From Vicugna vicugna (Eukaryota), in contig MU057640.1 of NCBI GenBank assembly GCA_013265495.1, forward strand, positions 691,303 to 755,302: 64,000 nucleotides of DNA, written 5' to 3'. Shown piece by piece: positions 63,415 to 64,000 of this stretch. A program made the position numbers and the translations under genes. The number at the start of each line of letters is the position of its first letter. Positions within the stretch are counted from its first letter, which is position 1. The notes beneath the pieces were generated by a model. The model made no database searches and was not told the origin of the DNA. It saw nothing but the letters and a program-made list of their open reading frames with translations.

Positions 63415-64000
63415 AGAAGGAGATGAAGAAAATAAACATGGGAAATCCAGAGGCAGTCCATTAGGAACAAAATTTCTCATCTAGCAGTTTTAACATCTTT
63501 GTCCCCTTATCCCTGCCTCCTGACTCGTACATGGTTTTGTCATTTTCAAATGACAAATTCTCACATCTTCAGAAGATGTGGATGTACCAATTGTTAGCAA
63601 ATGTGCTATCCACCATCATTCGGTATTTTGAAATAGTCCTTGGGTGGAGGTGTGGAGCTGGCTGATGGGTCCACATACTACTGCCCATCTCCTTAGGGTG
63701 AGCGGCAAAACTTTGCCACGTGGCCACCAGGGGAACAGCCTGTGGTAAGTCAGTCATTTAGCTGACATTATTCAGCACCTACTAGTGTCATGAATTAGTG
63801 AACAGCTCCCCAGATCACGGGAAGATGCTGGCACTGAGCTATCAGCAAAGTCACAGCTTCCAGCTCCATCCACCAGTCATGGGTTATTAGATATACTCAT
63901 ATATTGCACAGTTACACACACATATAAGGAGGAGTTATTATCTCTCTATATTATATATAATGGGGGGCTATTAATGAAACCTTTCCCACTTAGACTACTA

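Noticed and set aside
53527..64000. Preceding RGS6 exon ([21 protein letters not shown])
   Set aside because: No matching sequence seen; cattttcaaa at 63541 is only a chance partial match.
1..64000. CRISPR arrays, prokaryotic operons or defence systems, rRNA, snoRNA or miRNA genes
   Set aside because: The sequence is mammalian intron/exon DNA; I saw no regularly spaced repeats and no recognisable structured RNA gene, though a covariance-model search could not be run.

Overview
Mammalian genomic DNA, very probably from a camelid (alpaca, llama or camel). The species call rests on two tRNA-Ala-derived Vic-1-type SINEs and no recognisable Alu, B1/B2, Bov-tA, PRE-1 or Can-SINE. The whole window lies inside the 3' half of RGS6 (regulator of G-protein signalling 6, R7 family) on the minus strand. 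Five coding exons can be read with exact GT-AG boundaries and consistent phases: the 111-nt GGL exon (53416-53526), three RGS-domain exons (44921-45046, 37317-37503, 23420-23509) and the optional 54-nt tail exon (19718-19771). The upstream exons and the canonical terminal 'alpha' exon (GKSLAGKRLTGLMQSS) were not found and presumably lie outside the window. The most interesting part is the ~20 kb after the RGS domain, which holds several candidate alternative C-terminal modules. These include a well-formed 67-nt frame-shifting cassette exon (7582-7648) bracketed by a 49-bp direct repeat, a 27-nt microexon candidate with RBFOX motifs (2979-3005), a 29-nt microexon candidate only 57 nt from exon 17, and several possible alternative terminal exons. 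The rest is ordinary intron with L1, L2, CR1/L3, MIR, MLT1 and MER DNA-transposon remnants and microsatellites. Almost all ORFs in the supplied track are spurious. Exon numbering and repeat subfamily names come from recalled knowledge, not from a database search.
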